From the IMG/VR virus record IMGVR_UViG_3300037067_012889, positions 128,001 to 192,000 of that record: DNA of 64,000 bases; one strand, 5' to 3'. This DNA comes from a virus (taxonomy: Duplodnaviria > Caudoviricetes). Positions 48,585 to 59,200 of the stretch are shown here, piece after piece (position 1 is the first letter of the stretch; the number at the start of each line of letters is the position of its first letter). A program made the position numbers and the translations under genes. The notes under the pieces are model-generated. The model was not told where the DNA came from. It searched no databases and was given only the letters and a program-made list of their open reading frames with translations.

Positions 48585-51125
48585 CTATCTGAATCGTCTG
48601 CGCGGACCTATGTTTCTGGCGTCGATGCCGCTTCCAAGTTCAAGATTTTCAAGATCTTGCAATTCCTCATCTGGTCTTGCACCGAAGTCAGCTTCCGGAG
48701 ACCCTCCCGATCGATCATTCCCACAACCATAGCACACACCATTCTCATCTGGCGATTCTGCAGAACCACAATGTGGGCACAGCTGGCCTTCTGGATCTAT
48801 AAAACCTGGAGCCTCGGTGTTGTATTCCGGCTCTTCCAAGTCGTCTTCCGGCCCATTAAAATCCTGTTCTTGTTCTTGCCCAAATCCGTGTTCTGGTTCA
48901 AGCTCGCCACCTAAATCTTCATCATATCCACGACCAAAAGCTTCTCGGTTTGGAGAACGGATCTGAGTACCCCAAGCCTCAGACAGCATCTGGAAAGCCT
49001 TCTGAGCTGTCGGCCAACCAAATTGACCAACAACGGCCGCACCCCAGTTATGATTCTTAACACGGCACGCGATACCTTCCGATACCACACAATCGGCAAA
49101 AGCGCTGGCTACTTTTCTTGTCTTGAACAGAATTTTACCTTCGCACGCTATAGGATCACGTCGCCTAGTTTGTACGGTTGGCAATTGGTGGCGATAAACG
49201 ATCGTCTTCTGATGCGGCATCGAGTACAAAGCCTCGAATACAACTTTTTTGCGATCGTACATTTGAAGTAGCTCTTCAACTACTGCCAGCGCTTCTGTAA
49301 GTGCTGAAAATGTTGCCGAAGCTCCTTCCGCTTTCACGCCAAAACGAACAGTATATTTCCCAGCTCGGCCGATCTTCCTGGCACCGTCAGTGATTGCTTC
49401 CTTCGCAACGCGCGATAGACGCAATATGTTCTCCTTCATGGTACCACTGCCACCCTTAAAAGCAGCTTGACCGCCAACGTTTTTCATTTTGGGTTTTAGT
49501 GGCGTCTGCATACCAGGAATCTCACTAGTGATACCATCACATGCGGCCCCTGATGTGCTGTTGCACGTTTCTTGCGGTGGGATCTTAGTGCCAAGTTCGC
49601 CCTGGCCACTCTTCGTTTTGTCGCTTGTATAGAAGCCATCCTTGTCCGCCTTGGCATCTTCGCCATTCATTCCACCAAGCTCATTACTCTCACGCAAGAA
49701 ATCGCAGAGCATACAGCCACTCTCATCTAAAACAGTTCCGCAATGAGCACACTTGCGAGACTCTGTTTTGACGACTTCCTTCGATGGATCGACGGCGTTT
49801 TTCTCATCGTCATCGCGACCCTTCATAGCAACTGCCGTCGCTTTGCCTTTGACAGCAGAGCCAATCTGGCCCATCATATTGCCACTCTCTGGCGACGATG
49901 TTTCGTCTCCAACATCGGCGTCTTCACATACTTCCTCTGTGCATTCCTCGGTTTCCTCGTCACCTTCTTCACTGGCCTCGTCGCCTTCTTCATCACCAGC
50001 TTCACCCTCTGGCATATCGCCTTCAAGTGCTTCATCCTCTGGCGTTTCAGACTCCTCGTCATGACCAGCGATCAGGTTAGCGGCCCTCTCGAAATCGTCG
50101 CCGATTTGCTGGAAGACATCGGCTAAATCGTCCGGGCCTTCTGCGTCAATTTCGATAACATCTTGCTCGATACCAACGGGCATGTCGGTATTGGCTACTT
50201 CCGGGACCTCGTTTGAAACCTCGCCCGGAATCTCGTCTGTTTCATCTGGAAATTCTTCTTCAACGGCCGGACCAGCGGCAACAGCACCAGATCCGACCAT
50301 TTCAGATAAAGGGCGTGGCTGCCAGAACCTCCCACTGGCATCATTCCCCTCATAAAACATGAATTTGCGGCTGGCTTCCATTAGTGATTGGAGATTCCGT
50401 TCCGACAAAATGGTCTTAACACCATGAGCATTGCACAACTGTTGGAAGTCTTCCAGGCAGACGTACGATGCTTGGCCGCTATATGTCTCGAACAAGCTCT
50501 GCAAATTGACCGAATCGCCTTCCATAATTCCGGCAATATTCGCAAGAGACCATTCCTCAGACATCTTATTGGTGCTGCCCTTAAATGGCTCGTGTTGGCC
50601 ACCCTTGTTCTTCTGCTTGGAATTTTGGCCAAGCTCGCCGCACATATTACCCATTTCGGATGTGATGCCGTCGTCGGCGGTGCCCTTAGAGATGTTGACT
50701 GTCTCAAAGCCACCACCAACATTTTTCTGCTTGGTCTTCAGGTTCATATCCTTCAGATGAGTTGTTATACAATCACAAGCTTCACCAGAAGTACTCTTCC
50801 CGAAAGCCTCCGTAGCACCGGTATTCTTCTGCTTACCACCGAGCTTATTGGTCCTGCCGTCCATACTGGTCATAAAGTCGCCCTTGACGCCTTTATAATC
50901 TTGGACTGCTTCCGAAATGCGAGATCGTGCCATTGCAAACTCCTGTAAACGTATTGGTGCCTCAATATTGTCTTGGCACTCAGGATCAAGCTCGTTTAGT
51001 ACCCTCTTAACTGGCTTACCGGGCTGTTTAACGGTTTTCTCCGGATGACCCATAATATTGGTCTTTTCCGTCTCATCTTTGCCCACATCTGCGGCGTTTT
51101 GGACATTTTTTGATTTAGCAGCCAT
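48585..51125 (-). CDS. acidic scaffold/inner-core-like head protein
   Basis: Very acidic central tract, many [LIFM]xE sites, internal repeats, two Cys4 ribbons, own terminator; start moved to ATG 51125. Confidence 0.55.
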   Translation of the reverse strand: MAAKSKNVQNAADVGKDETEKTNIMGHPEKTVKQPGKPVKRVLNELDPECQDNIEAPIRLQEFAMARSRISEAVQDYKGVKGDFMTSMDGRTNKLGGKQKNTGATEAFGKSTSGEACDCITTHLKDMNLKTKQKNVGGGFETVNISKGTADDGITSEMGNMCGELGQNSKQKNKGGQHEPFKGSTNKMSEEWSLANIAGIMEGDSVNLQSLFETYSGQASYVCLEDFQQLCNAHGVKTILSERNLQSLMEASRKFMFYEGNDASGRFWQPRPLSEMVGSGAVAAGPAVEEEFPDETDEIPGEVSNEVPEVANTDMPVGIEQDVIEIDAEGPDDLADVFQQIGDDFERAANLIAGHDEESETPEDEALEGDMPEGEAGDEEGDEASEEGDEETEECTEEVCEDADVGDETSSPESGNMMGQIGSAVKGKATAVAMKGRDDDEKNAVDPSKEVVKTESRKCAHCGTVLDESGCMLCDFLRESNELGGMNGEDAKADKDGFYTSDKTKSGQGELGTKIPPQETCNSTSGAACDGITSEIPGMQTPLKPKMKNVGGQAAFKGGSGTMKENILRLSRVAKEAITDGARKIGRAGKYTVRFGVKAEGASATFSALTEALAVVEELLQMYDRKKVVFEALYSMPHQKTIVYRHQLPTVQTRRRDPIACEGKILFKTRKVASAFADCVVSEGIACRVKNHNWGAAVVGQFGWPTAQKAFQMLSEAWGTQIRSPNREAFGRGYDEDLGGELEPEHGFGQEQEQDFNGPEDDLEEPEYNTEAPGFIDPEGQLCPHCGSAESPDENGVCYGCGNDRSGGSPEADFGARPDEELQDLENLELGSGIDARNIGPRRRFR

Positions 51126-51139
51126 ATGATATTTTTGCG

Positions 51140-51685
51140 TCATATATTAGATTTCTTTTTATACGCCCTAATTTGCCAATTTTTCTCTGGTATGTTCGAC
51201 TTGTATGACGATATGTTATGCGGGATATATTCGACATATGCACGATCATCTATGACTAACCATTCACAATAAAATTGCTTAGCACAAAAATCGCGCACTT
51301 CCTTTTGCAAATCTCCACCGGAAAATATTATTCTTCTAGGAAGCGTAGCCAAAGAAGGATCGTAATAAGTAAAAATTTTATGCTTATTGTCGACTTCTTT
51401 TGAAACACCTCTTTTTGGAACAGTCTCGGCTGGTTTGGTGTCATCTATAATCATAGCCGGGAAATGCTTTGTTAGAAATGCTTCTAATGAGATTGCCCAT
51501 TGCCTCTTCTTAGTGATAGTCTGTAATATTTCATACATTTTATCCCTATTTTCTGAGCACCCATGTCCACCTTTCAGAAAATTTATTAAACTTGTATGGA
51601 TAGCAGAATCTAAATTCTTCAACCATACTAGAAATAATTCTGACTTGGCCAGATAACAAAATTCTTTTGAGTTTATCTTCTTCAT
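51140..51685 (-). CDS. hypothetical protein
   Basis: 181 aa in operon. Confidence 0.6.
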   Translation of the reverse strand: MKKINSKEFCYLAKSELFLVWLKNLDSAIHTSLINFLKGGHGCSENRDKMYEILQTITKKRQWAISLEAFLTKHFPAMIIDDTKPAETVPKRGVSKEVDNKHKIFTYYDPSLATLPRRIIFSGGDLQKEVRDFCAKQFYCEWLVIDDRAYVEYIPHNISSYKSNIPEKNWQIRAYKKKSNI

Positions 51686-51686
51686 T

Positions 51687-54600
51687 TTAAGCTATGATTG
51701 GAAATAATATTATCCCAATATCTACGTCTTCTATAGCAGATTTCACAACCGTCTCAAGTTGAGATATACGTTTAAAGAAAACGACGCCACTATCTGGCAC
51801 GCCGACAAAATGTAATCCGTCTAGTGTCGGCCAAGCAAAGCATGGGTCTTTATATTTATCTGTACAAGCTTGTATGCCATCTATATGTTGGTGTATTATG
51901 ATATAATCTTGCCCAGCTGCATCTATTACAACACCAATGTTTTGCGTCAGATGCAGATTCTCCATCAATTTAACCTGTGCGTAACTAATAGCACACGTAT
52001 CTTCAAAAGACAGTACATCTGACTCATCACGCACAAAAGATTCTTTTGTTGTAAATCTAACGCTTATTTTACCGGAGCCATCTAATAAAACAGGCGATAC
52101 GAGTCTTGCACCTACTTGACCACCTTGGTGGTTTATTTCTATCGTTAAACCGCGATAATTCGATCTCGCAACATCACTATCTGTAAAAGCACCTAGGTTT
52201 GGAAATCTCTTAGTCGTCTTACCATTAACATCCTGGTATTCTATTTCGACATGTCCTGTATATTGTTCACCAGATCTAAAGCAACAATCTGTTATATCGA
52301 CGACATATTCACCTTTAGATAGTTCTGACGTTGAGCCTTTGAAAAATCCTGCGTTATTTTCATCGACATCCAACGTCAATTCAACGCTATCGTCTTGTAA
52401 TAAGTTCTCAACAGCTCTGGCCTTAAATTTTACCTCAATACCAGCTATTACCCATATGCCATCTAAAGACCAGTTGTCACACTTCGCTGTCGCTATGACA
52501 GATCCGAAATTGGCTACATCACCGACACAATCACTAGAATTCCATCCTAAAATGGTACATCGATAACCATTGCCACCGATCGAGTCTGTAGATTGTCCTG
52601 GTTCTATGCTAACCGGTTCAAGCTGCTCTATAATTATCTGTGCACTATGGCCATTCTCAATATTAAAACCACCAGAATATGTATTATGTGCGACACGGCA
52701 CATAATTAGATCATCTATGGCGAAAGGACTATCAATTGTAATCTTGATAGCATCGGGAACAGTCCATGCATTACAACGGCTTGTGTACCATGTGGAAATT
52801 GATCCATCGCCAATTACAAAATCTCGTGAAAGTATACTACCTGTACCATTTGGTAGTTCGCGACAAAATCTTCTATCAGTTCTAGATGATCGTGGGCCAA
52901 CAGCACCGCAACTCGATGAGTATGGCTGTTGGAGCGATCGTGGGTGTTCTACACGTATCTGCAGCCACCATATTTCAGCCGGACCTTGTGCTGCGATTAT
53001 CTTATTATCTGATTGGATTAATGTATTAGACCAACCATCGCCAGCACCCTGTATAAATTTAACATTTTGCGTCGTTACTTCTATATCTAGACTCGACGAT
53101 ACGCCAGAATCATTTATTATACATATATTGTAAATGCCATTGAACAGCTTATCATAAAACTTGTTGCCGTCTGATTGTAAAGCACTAGCATAATCGCCAC
53201 CAAAACCGTCAGTATAACAGATTTTAAGTTTTGCGTCTGATTCAATCTTTATTACAACCGATTCTTTACTGCTAAATGCAGATAACGCCTCTGATAATGA
53301 TATTTGTGAATTTGGATCTGATACTATTTGCTGCTTCACAAGAGACTCAAATCTCGCATCTCCAGGTACTATGAGTTCAGCTGGTATACTTGATTCCAAA
53401 ACCCAACTAGATGAATTTGATGCAATCTTTAACTTATCGTAAACAACAAATGACATTCTAGCCAGATTTTGAGCACCATCGGTCCTGGCTATGAATTGAA
53501 CAGTTTTGCAACTTCGCAATTCTATCGCTTGTTGTGATATTGGATTTGCAACAGGACTACAAGGTTGATCAACTTCATAATAATATGGGTCGGTTTCTGT
53601 TGTATCGTCAGTACCAGCATAAACGATCCAAAGGCCATTCGGTATGCCAGTAAATACAATTTCACCTTGATTTGTTGTGGATGTACCAGCATAAGCACTA
53701 CACAACGTATATCCTGTTGAATAATAGCGAACAGAAATCCATGTAGCATTTATTGCTTCTGGACTACCAACAACAGTGACGACCAGCACATTTGTACCAG
53801 ATGAGCACGTCACTATTTGTTGTATCGGCGTCGTAGTCACACCAGTTGTAACTGTCGATTGGAGCTGTGCTATCTGTAACGTAGTGGGCTGAACTAGTGA
53901 AAAACTTTCAGGTGCAAATAAGCACCCACTCTTTTCTAGAAAGACATTATATTGTTCTAGACTTGACAGATTCTTAAAATAGATATCGCCATCGGCATTA
54001 GTTTGTCCATATGCAAGGGTTGTACCACTAGTCGACTTAACATATACAGTAACAGATTTACATAATGAAAGCGGCGTACCTGTTACAGTTACTCTTAATT
54101 CTGAACTCGTAGTTGGATTGTTCGATCGATATGCATTTACAGCCAATTTCCGTGCCAATGAAATTCCAGGCGGCAAATAGAGATTTACACCCGGTGTAGT
54201 CTTTCCATATATTGAACCTTGATAGATATTGGCCGATCCGCTACCAGTCTCTGGCACATCTAAAGCCACACTGTAATCGGCTGGTACTTCACGAGTTGGC
54301 ACTGCTGAGACAGATGCAGTAAGAACTGCGTCGCGTTTAACATATCTGGGGATAAAACCGGGCGGACATTCATCATACTTTAATGCAGTTCCATCTGATG
54401 ATAGAACGATACCTGGGATACAAGCACTTCCACCTACCGGATCTTGATTGTTTGGAAGATTATGTATATTACTTGCGCCAAAACCAGTCCCACAAGCGGA
54501 ACCCATTACTGTCGTATTGACAACAGATTTACCACTTTGCCGTGGGTTGCCATCAATAACTATACTTTGTGCTGTAGTATTAATTGCTTCATTGGTTACT

Positions 54601-55721
54601 GTTGTAAGATTGCCCGTTGTAGGATCTGTAAACTGATATGATGTCGAAGAACCACCTTTTACAGTAACAGCTTGCGCAGCTTGTATACGCTGTTGTTCTA
54701 TGTATTGTCTCGTTTCTGCGTTTCGAGTTTGAGACTCACAATATTCGAGTGCACAACATAGAGCTGCTTTCTGTTCATCAAACAAACCAGCCATTATCGA
54801 CAGCCAAAATTGAACAATATTCTCACAATCGCTCTTAATAGCGGCCACTTCACGATTAAATTCGGTTTCTATAGCGCTTAGTATTCCAGATATGTCAATA
54901 TAATAAACTTGCTGCGAATTACTATAGCATATATCTGGAAGCCACGTTATAATAGCGTTCGACGCGGTGATTGGCAACGCAATGAGCCAGTTGCTATTTA
55001 TAGTCGATGTCAACCTCAACTGCGTCGGACAGGCATCTGGGTTACCAATTATTGATCTTGTTACTACTAGATAATTTTCGGTTTCACTAATTTCTTCTGT
55101 TGTTATCGATGTAACAGCACGAGTTTCACTAGAGCTAATTCTTTCTAGCGATGCCGATTCTGGTTGTATCGTCAAGTCAAATGATGCATTGGCACCTGCG
55201 TCACCAGCTGGACCATCGGGGCCAAATGCCAAATTATCTTGTCCAGCTGGACCAGTTTCACCTTTATCACCTTGAGCGCCCTGTGCTGAACGTACAACGA
55301 ATTTGCCACTATCAATCATGTACTGAAAGAAAGCACTCGTGTCGATAGTGAAATCAAAGGAATAAGTATTTTGATGGACTTGCCTGGAAATGTTTAATGC
55401 TGTGCTAAGCTGTGCATGCGTATCTATCTGTACATATTCATCACCCGCTATTAAGGCTATAGTACCGCCAGTAAAAGAATATGCATAATCGGCCACGCTA
55501 ATCGTAGCTTGCGGTGGCGGAACAATAAGGCCATTTAATTTGTTAAAATCGTCAGACGACATCAATCCTGGTGATGATATCGTCGCCAATGATACTGTGC
55601 CACCTTCCTGCTTATGCCAGACATTCAAAGTGCCATCGTAGACATAGCTTAAACCATCTTCGACTACAACTGTGTCGCCCGTCTTCGGATTTTTCGGAAA
55701 AGACATATTATTGTGGCTCAC
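51687..55721 (-). CDS. large tail fibre-like protein with short collagen segment
   Basis: FPKNPKTGD..., ATISSPGLMSSDD, GAQGDKGETGPAG; beta-sandwich-like middle domains; 1344 aa (ATG 55706 also possible). Confidence 0.7.
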   Translation of the reverse strand: MSHNNMSFPKNPKTGDTVVVEDGLSYVYDGTLNVWHKQEGGTVSLATISSPGLMSSDDFNKLNGLIVPPPQATISVADYAYSFTGGTIALIAGDEYVQIDTHAQLSTALNISRQVHQNTYSFDFTIDTSAFFQYMIDSGKFVVRSAQGAQGDKGETGPAGQDNLAFGPDGPAGDAGANASFDLTIQPESASLERISSSETRAVTSITTEEISETENYLVVTRSIIGNPDACPTQLRLTSTINSNWLIALPITASNAIITWLPDICYSNSQQVYYIDISGILSAIETEFNREVAAIKSDCENIVQFWLSIMAGLFDEQKAALCCALEYCESQTRNAETRQYIEQQRIQAAQAVTVKGGSSTSYQFTDPTTGNLTTVTNEAINTTAQSIVIDGNPRQSGKSVVNTTVMGSACGTGFGASNIHNLPNNQDPVGGSACIPGIVLSSDGTALKYDECPPGFIPRYVKRDAVLTASVSAVPTREVPADYSVALDVPETGSGSANIYQGSIYGKTTPGVNLYLPPGISLARKLAVNAYRSNNPTTSSELRVTVTGTPLSLCKSVTVYVKSTSGTTLAYGQTNADGDIYFKNLSSLEQYNVFLEKSGCLFAPESFSLVQPTTLQIAQLQSTVTTGVTTTPIQQIVTCSSGTNVLVVTVVGSPEAINATWISVRYYSTGYTLCSAYAGTSTTNQGEIVFTGIPNGLWIVYAGTDDTTETDPYYYEVDQPCSPVANPISQQAIELRSCKTVQFIARTDGAQNLARMSFVVYDKLKIASNSSSWVLESSIPAELIVPGDARFESLVKQQIVSDPNSQISLSEALSAFSSKESVVIKIESDAKLKICYTDGFGGDYASALQSDGNKFYDKLFNGIYNICIINDSGVSSSLDIEVTTQNVKFIQGAGDGWSNTLIQSDNKIIAAQGPAEIWWLQIRVEHPRSLQQPYSSSCGAVGPRSSRTDRRFCRELPNGTGSILSRDFVIGDGSISTWYTSRCNAWTVPDAIKITIDSPFAIDDLIMCRVAHNTYSGGFNIENGHSAQIIIEQLEPVSIEPGQSTDSIGGNGYRCTILGWNSSDCVGDVANFGSVIATAKCDNWSLDGIWVIAGIEVKFKARAVENLLQDDSVELTLDVDENNAGFFKGSTSELSKGEYVVDITDCCFRSGEQYTGHVEIEYQDVNGKTTKRFPNLGAFTDSDVARSNYRGLTIEINHQGGQVGARLVSPVLLDGSGKISVRFTTKESFVRDESDVLSFEDTCAISYAQVKLMENLHLTQNIGVVIDAAGQDYIIIHQHIDGIQACTDKYKDPCFAWPTLDGLHFVGVPDSGVVFFKRISQLETVVKSAIEDVDIGIILFPIIA

Positions 55722-56232
55722 TTTGACCGAGAAGTACTGGCGGTATATGTCTCCAAATTCTCACACGGACGCTACCGACTGAATTACAAGGCGATGTCAA
55801 TCTTAATCTGTGTGGGACAGTAAATTCCATATAAAAACAATGCTTTAGATTGGCCATGTCAATAAATTTAAATGCTTCTGCATTCGAAGCCTCAATTTCT
55901 ATTGGATAACTGACAACAGTCCACTGGTGGCCAACATTGCTCTTCCATTCAATTTTCATCCCGCGTTTACCGCCGACAACAAAAACAGCGGGGTCTCCGT
56001 TCAACAACAAAAAGGCACCACTTATATATTTAACTATATATCCGCCTGGCGGCAATAATAGCGATGTCAAACCAGATATATTCCTATTATATATATCAAC
56101 AGACTTTGGGGTATTAGATGGATTGCAGGGTATGTCTATTGCACCAAAATCAATTGAAGAAGAATCAATATACTCCGGCCCAAACATACTAACCGCTATA
56201 GACATTGATTCACCGATTAAGGACTGCCGCAA
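55708..56232 (-). CDS. putative structural protein
   Basis: LPPGGYIVKYISGAF resembles the C-terminal module of 51687..55721 (LSKGEYVVDITDCCF). Confidence 0.5.
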   Translation of the reverse strand: MRQSLIGESMSIAVSMFGPEYIDSSSIDFGAIDIPCNPSNTPKSVDIYNRNISGLTSLLLPPGGYIVKYISGAFLLLNGDPAVFVVGGKRGMKIEWKSNVGHQWTVVSYPIEIEASNAEAFKFIDMANLKHCFYMEFTVPHRLRLTSPCNSVGSVRVRIWRHIPPVLLGQSEPQ

Positions 56233-59200
56233 TCAGAACATGGGATTGTGGTGCTAGCTACTGTTTCGCACATCGTACTTCTATAACTACTCCACCAAGT
56301 CTCATCTCCGACATGGAATGTAGTATCGTTATCCTTATTTAAGAAATATGTCGTTACTGTGTTCATGGCCTGTAGCCATCTACCATTATACCCCATCTCG
56401 ACAACCAATGGGTGTTTATACCCATATGCTGTGAAACCCGATGGAGGGACTACACATTGCAAAGCAAGAACGGCACTATTAACTTCATCGGACATCAAAA
56501 ATCCAACATCAGTCTCTGCTGTATCGACCGAGTCGGCAACTCTTGGGCCTATCCATCTGCCTAGTGTTGTATCGTAATATGAGAGAGACGACGTCTGATC
56601 CACCTCTACACCATGAGTAGTATTGTTATGCTCAGCGACTGCTTTATTTATCCAATATGTCAGAGATGGTTTCATAGATTGAGTAGTATCAAGCAGAACA
56701 GCTACCAAATCAGGGCACAGTGCTCCATTGTTAGTCATTTCATTATAAAAGTCCATTATATCTGTCGCAGTCACTCTCTTAACACCAAAACCATTCCAAG
56801 GTAATACTTTATGAGTTATAGTACCTCTGCTGTCTTTTGGGAAGCTACCATCTTCAACAGATGTATCGATATTAGTTCCCCACGACGTATCTGGTAGTAT
56901 GTCTCTCTCGTCCTGTTTAAATTCGTGTGTCTTATCAATAATCCAACCATTAGTCTTCGAACCATCTGCTAGCGTATACTGATCTGGTCCACGATCAGTT
57001 TGCTCTGGATAGCTTGGCGATCCAGGATTCGCTAATTGCAATATCCCCACAGTGACATATTGGCTGTTACATAATGAGCTAATCCAAGTATTCCATTGTA
57101 TCTTATCATATGTATAATTCGCGTACCCAGTATTATAGCCAGAGCCTTCATAACTTACATAGCCATCATTTGTTGTTATACTTGGATCGCAGTTAGATTC
57201 ATCTGTTATTACTAGAATCATCATTTGATATGCTGCGGTCGGAATATATGTTGGTTTTGGCATCCAGTAGTACAATAATTGCTCAACAACGCCAACCGCG
57301 CGTCCAAGCCATCTTTCAGCGGCATCGATTGTCGATCTAACATATAGAGTTGGGAACAATATTGATTGCTTAGCTGGCGATACGTACTGCCAACCCCATA
57401 AATAAATATTGCTTGCAACTTGCGTGATATATCCACTTATCGGAGGTGGTACAGCAAGTTCACCAGCCTTATTAGAACCAACATCCACTACATCAGTTCG
57501 AATGATCAGGCTAGTGTAAGTTTTTTGTAACAATGACACGCCAGCTGAAATAATACCATCAACCTTATCTGGGTCGCCAAGCGATCCCGAAGTGTCGACG
57601 ACTATATAAAGTATTGTTGCGGCATAATCGTTATCATTTGTTATGGCCTTAAATGCCGCCATCATATCATCGGCTGTAAACGACGGCGTATTAGTTTGAA
57701 CGATGGTGATTCTATTTCTGTCTGTATCTCCTGGCCATGCCGAAGTACTTGGTTTTAAAGATCCTCCTAACGGCGACGCACCAGCATAGCCCTGTGGTTG
57801 TAATATGCCTAAACGAACCTTATTGTCGCTACCATTGAGTGCAGCAAGAGAATCCTTCCATTTTGCTAAATCAAAATCCCAAGCTGTCATTCCGGAAGGA
57901 ATACCAATTGGTCCACTGACACCATCGGGGCCTTTATATCCATCATAACTATAAATCGGGCTCGCCTCGTCAGTTATACACATGATAACTACGTGGTCAG
58001 TACCTGGGACAGTCGTCGTAGGACACTGATAACATAGATATCTGCTAGCCGTAGTCGTAGAATCTCTCAACCATCGATCGTCTTGGTCATGGTCAGGCGA
58101 TGATGAACTAATAGTTGAAACAAAGCATACATCTGGGTATGCTATTTGAAGCTCAGCAACAGCATCATTTAATGCACTCTGCTCCGACAATATGTCAGAC
58201 GAGTCGATGCTCATCGCTTTCGATTTGAATAATATGTTGATTTGGTTCGGGATAAACTCTCCACCACACAGCCTTATTGGATCAGAATCGTTGTCATATG
58301 TCACATTTGATAGCATCTTCTCAACAAATGTGACAATATCGGCAGATGTTATTTTAGGGCTTTGTTCTGGTAACAGATGATAAAATGTTTCCGTCCTCAT
58401 AGAATCATACGGTAACGTACAATCCGCACATTTCATATCGCGTTCGTCACCATAATATGCATCGCCGATTTTAGGTATCTGTAACAAGCCGAGGGCAACG
58501 ATCTGGTTCGCAGTCAAATTACCAATAAATTTTTCCCACTCAGCTTTATCGTTATTATAATAGTTAACAATAGTCAAATCGACATCTGGAATGCCAGTCA
58601 CATACACCGGATTGGCTTCATCTGTAATAATGACCAACATCATTCGATATGGCAGCAAGCATTTTGCTGGATTTGTCGGATCGAACGACGCAAGAGATGA
58701 ATATTTCGACCGAGAAAGCATAGTAGTGTCAGACGAAATATCAGTAGATGTTGTCGATGTTGCAGTAGTCGTCACACCAGTTGCACCCACTGGTGCTGGT
58801 GTTGGTGTCGAACCTGAATCTACTATCGGAATATTCACCTCTATTTTTAAGACTACCGCTGTATCTGCAGTATGCGTCGTTGGAGACGTATAATCTACGC
58901 CTCTTGTCACAGTCCAAACTGTGGTACCATAACCGGCTGTCACGAGCATATGTTCGGTACCAACAATAATAGTATATGGGCCTGTCGTTGGAAAATTGGT
59001 TGCTGAATCGATTGTTATTGTTGTATTTGCTATTGTTATATCGGCCGATAAAAGAGTATTGGCCACACCTTGCGAACAATCAGATGGCGCAATCCCTAAA
59101 CAGAACTCTATTGGCCTTTTGAATTCACATTGGGCAACCTGCTGAGCAATCGATGATAATACCTCACGTGCAGCTGCATCTTTCGTTTCGATGAATGACT

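Noticed and set aside
48471-50948. Numerous overlapping alternative-frame and antisense ORFs from the track
   Set aside because: They lie within a long, compositionally biased gene and lack RBSs or recognisable motifs
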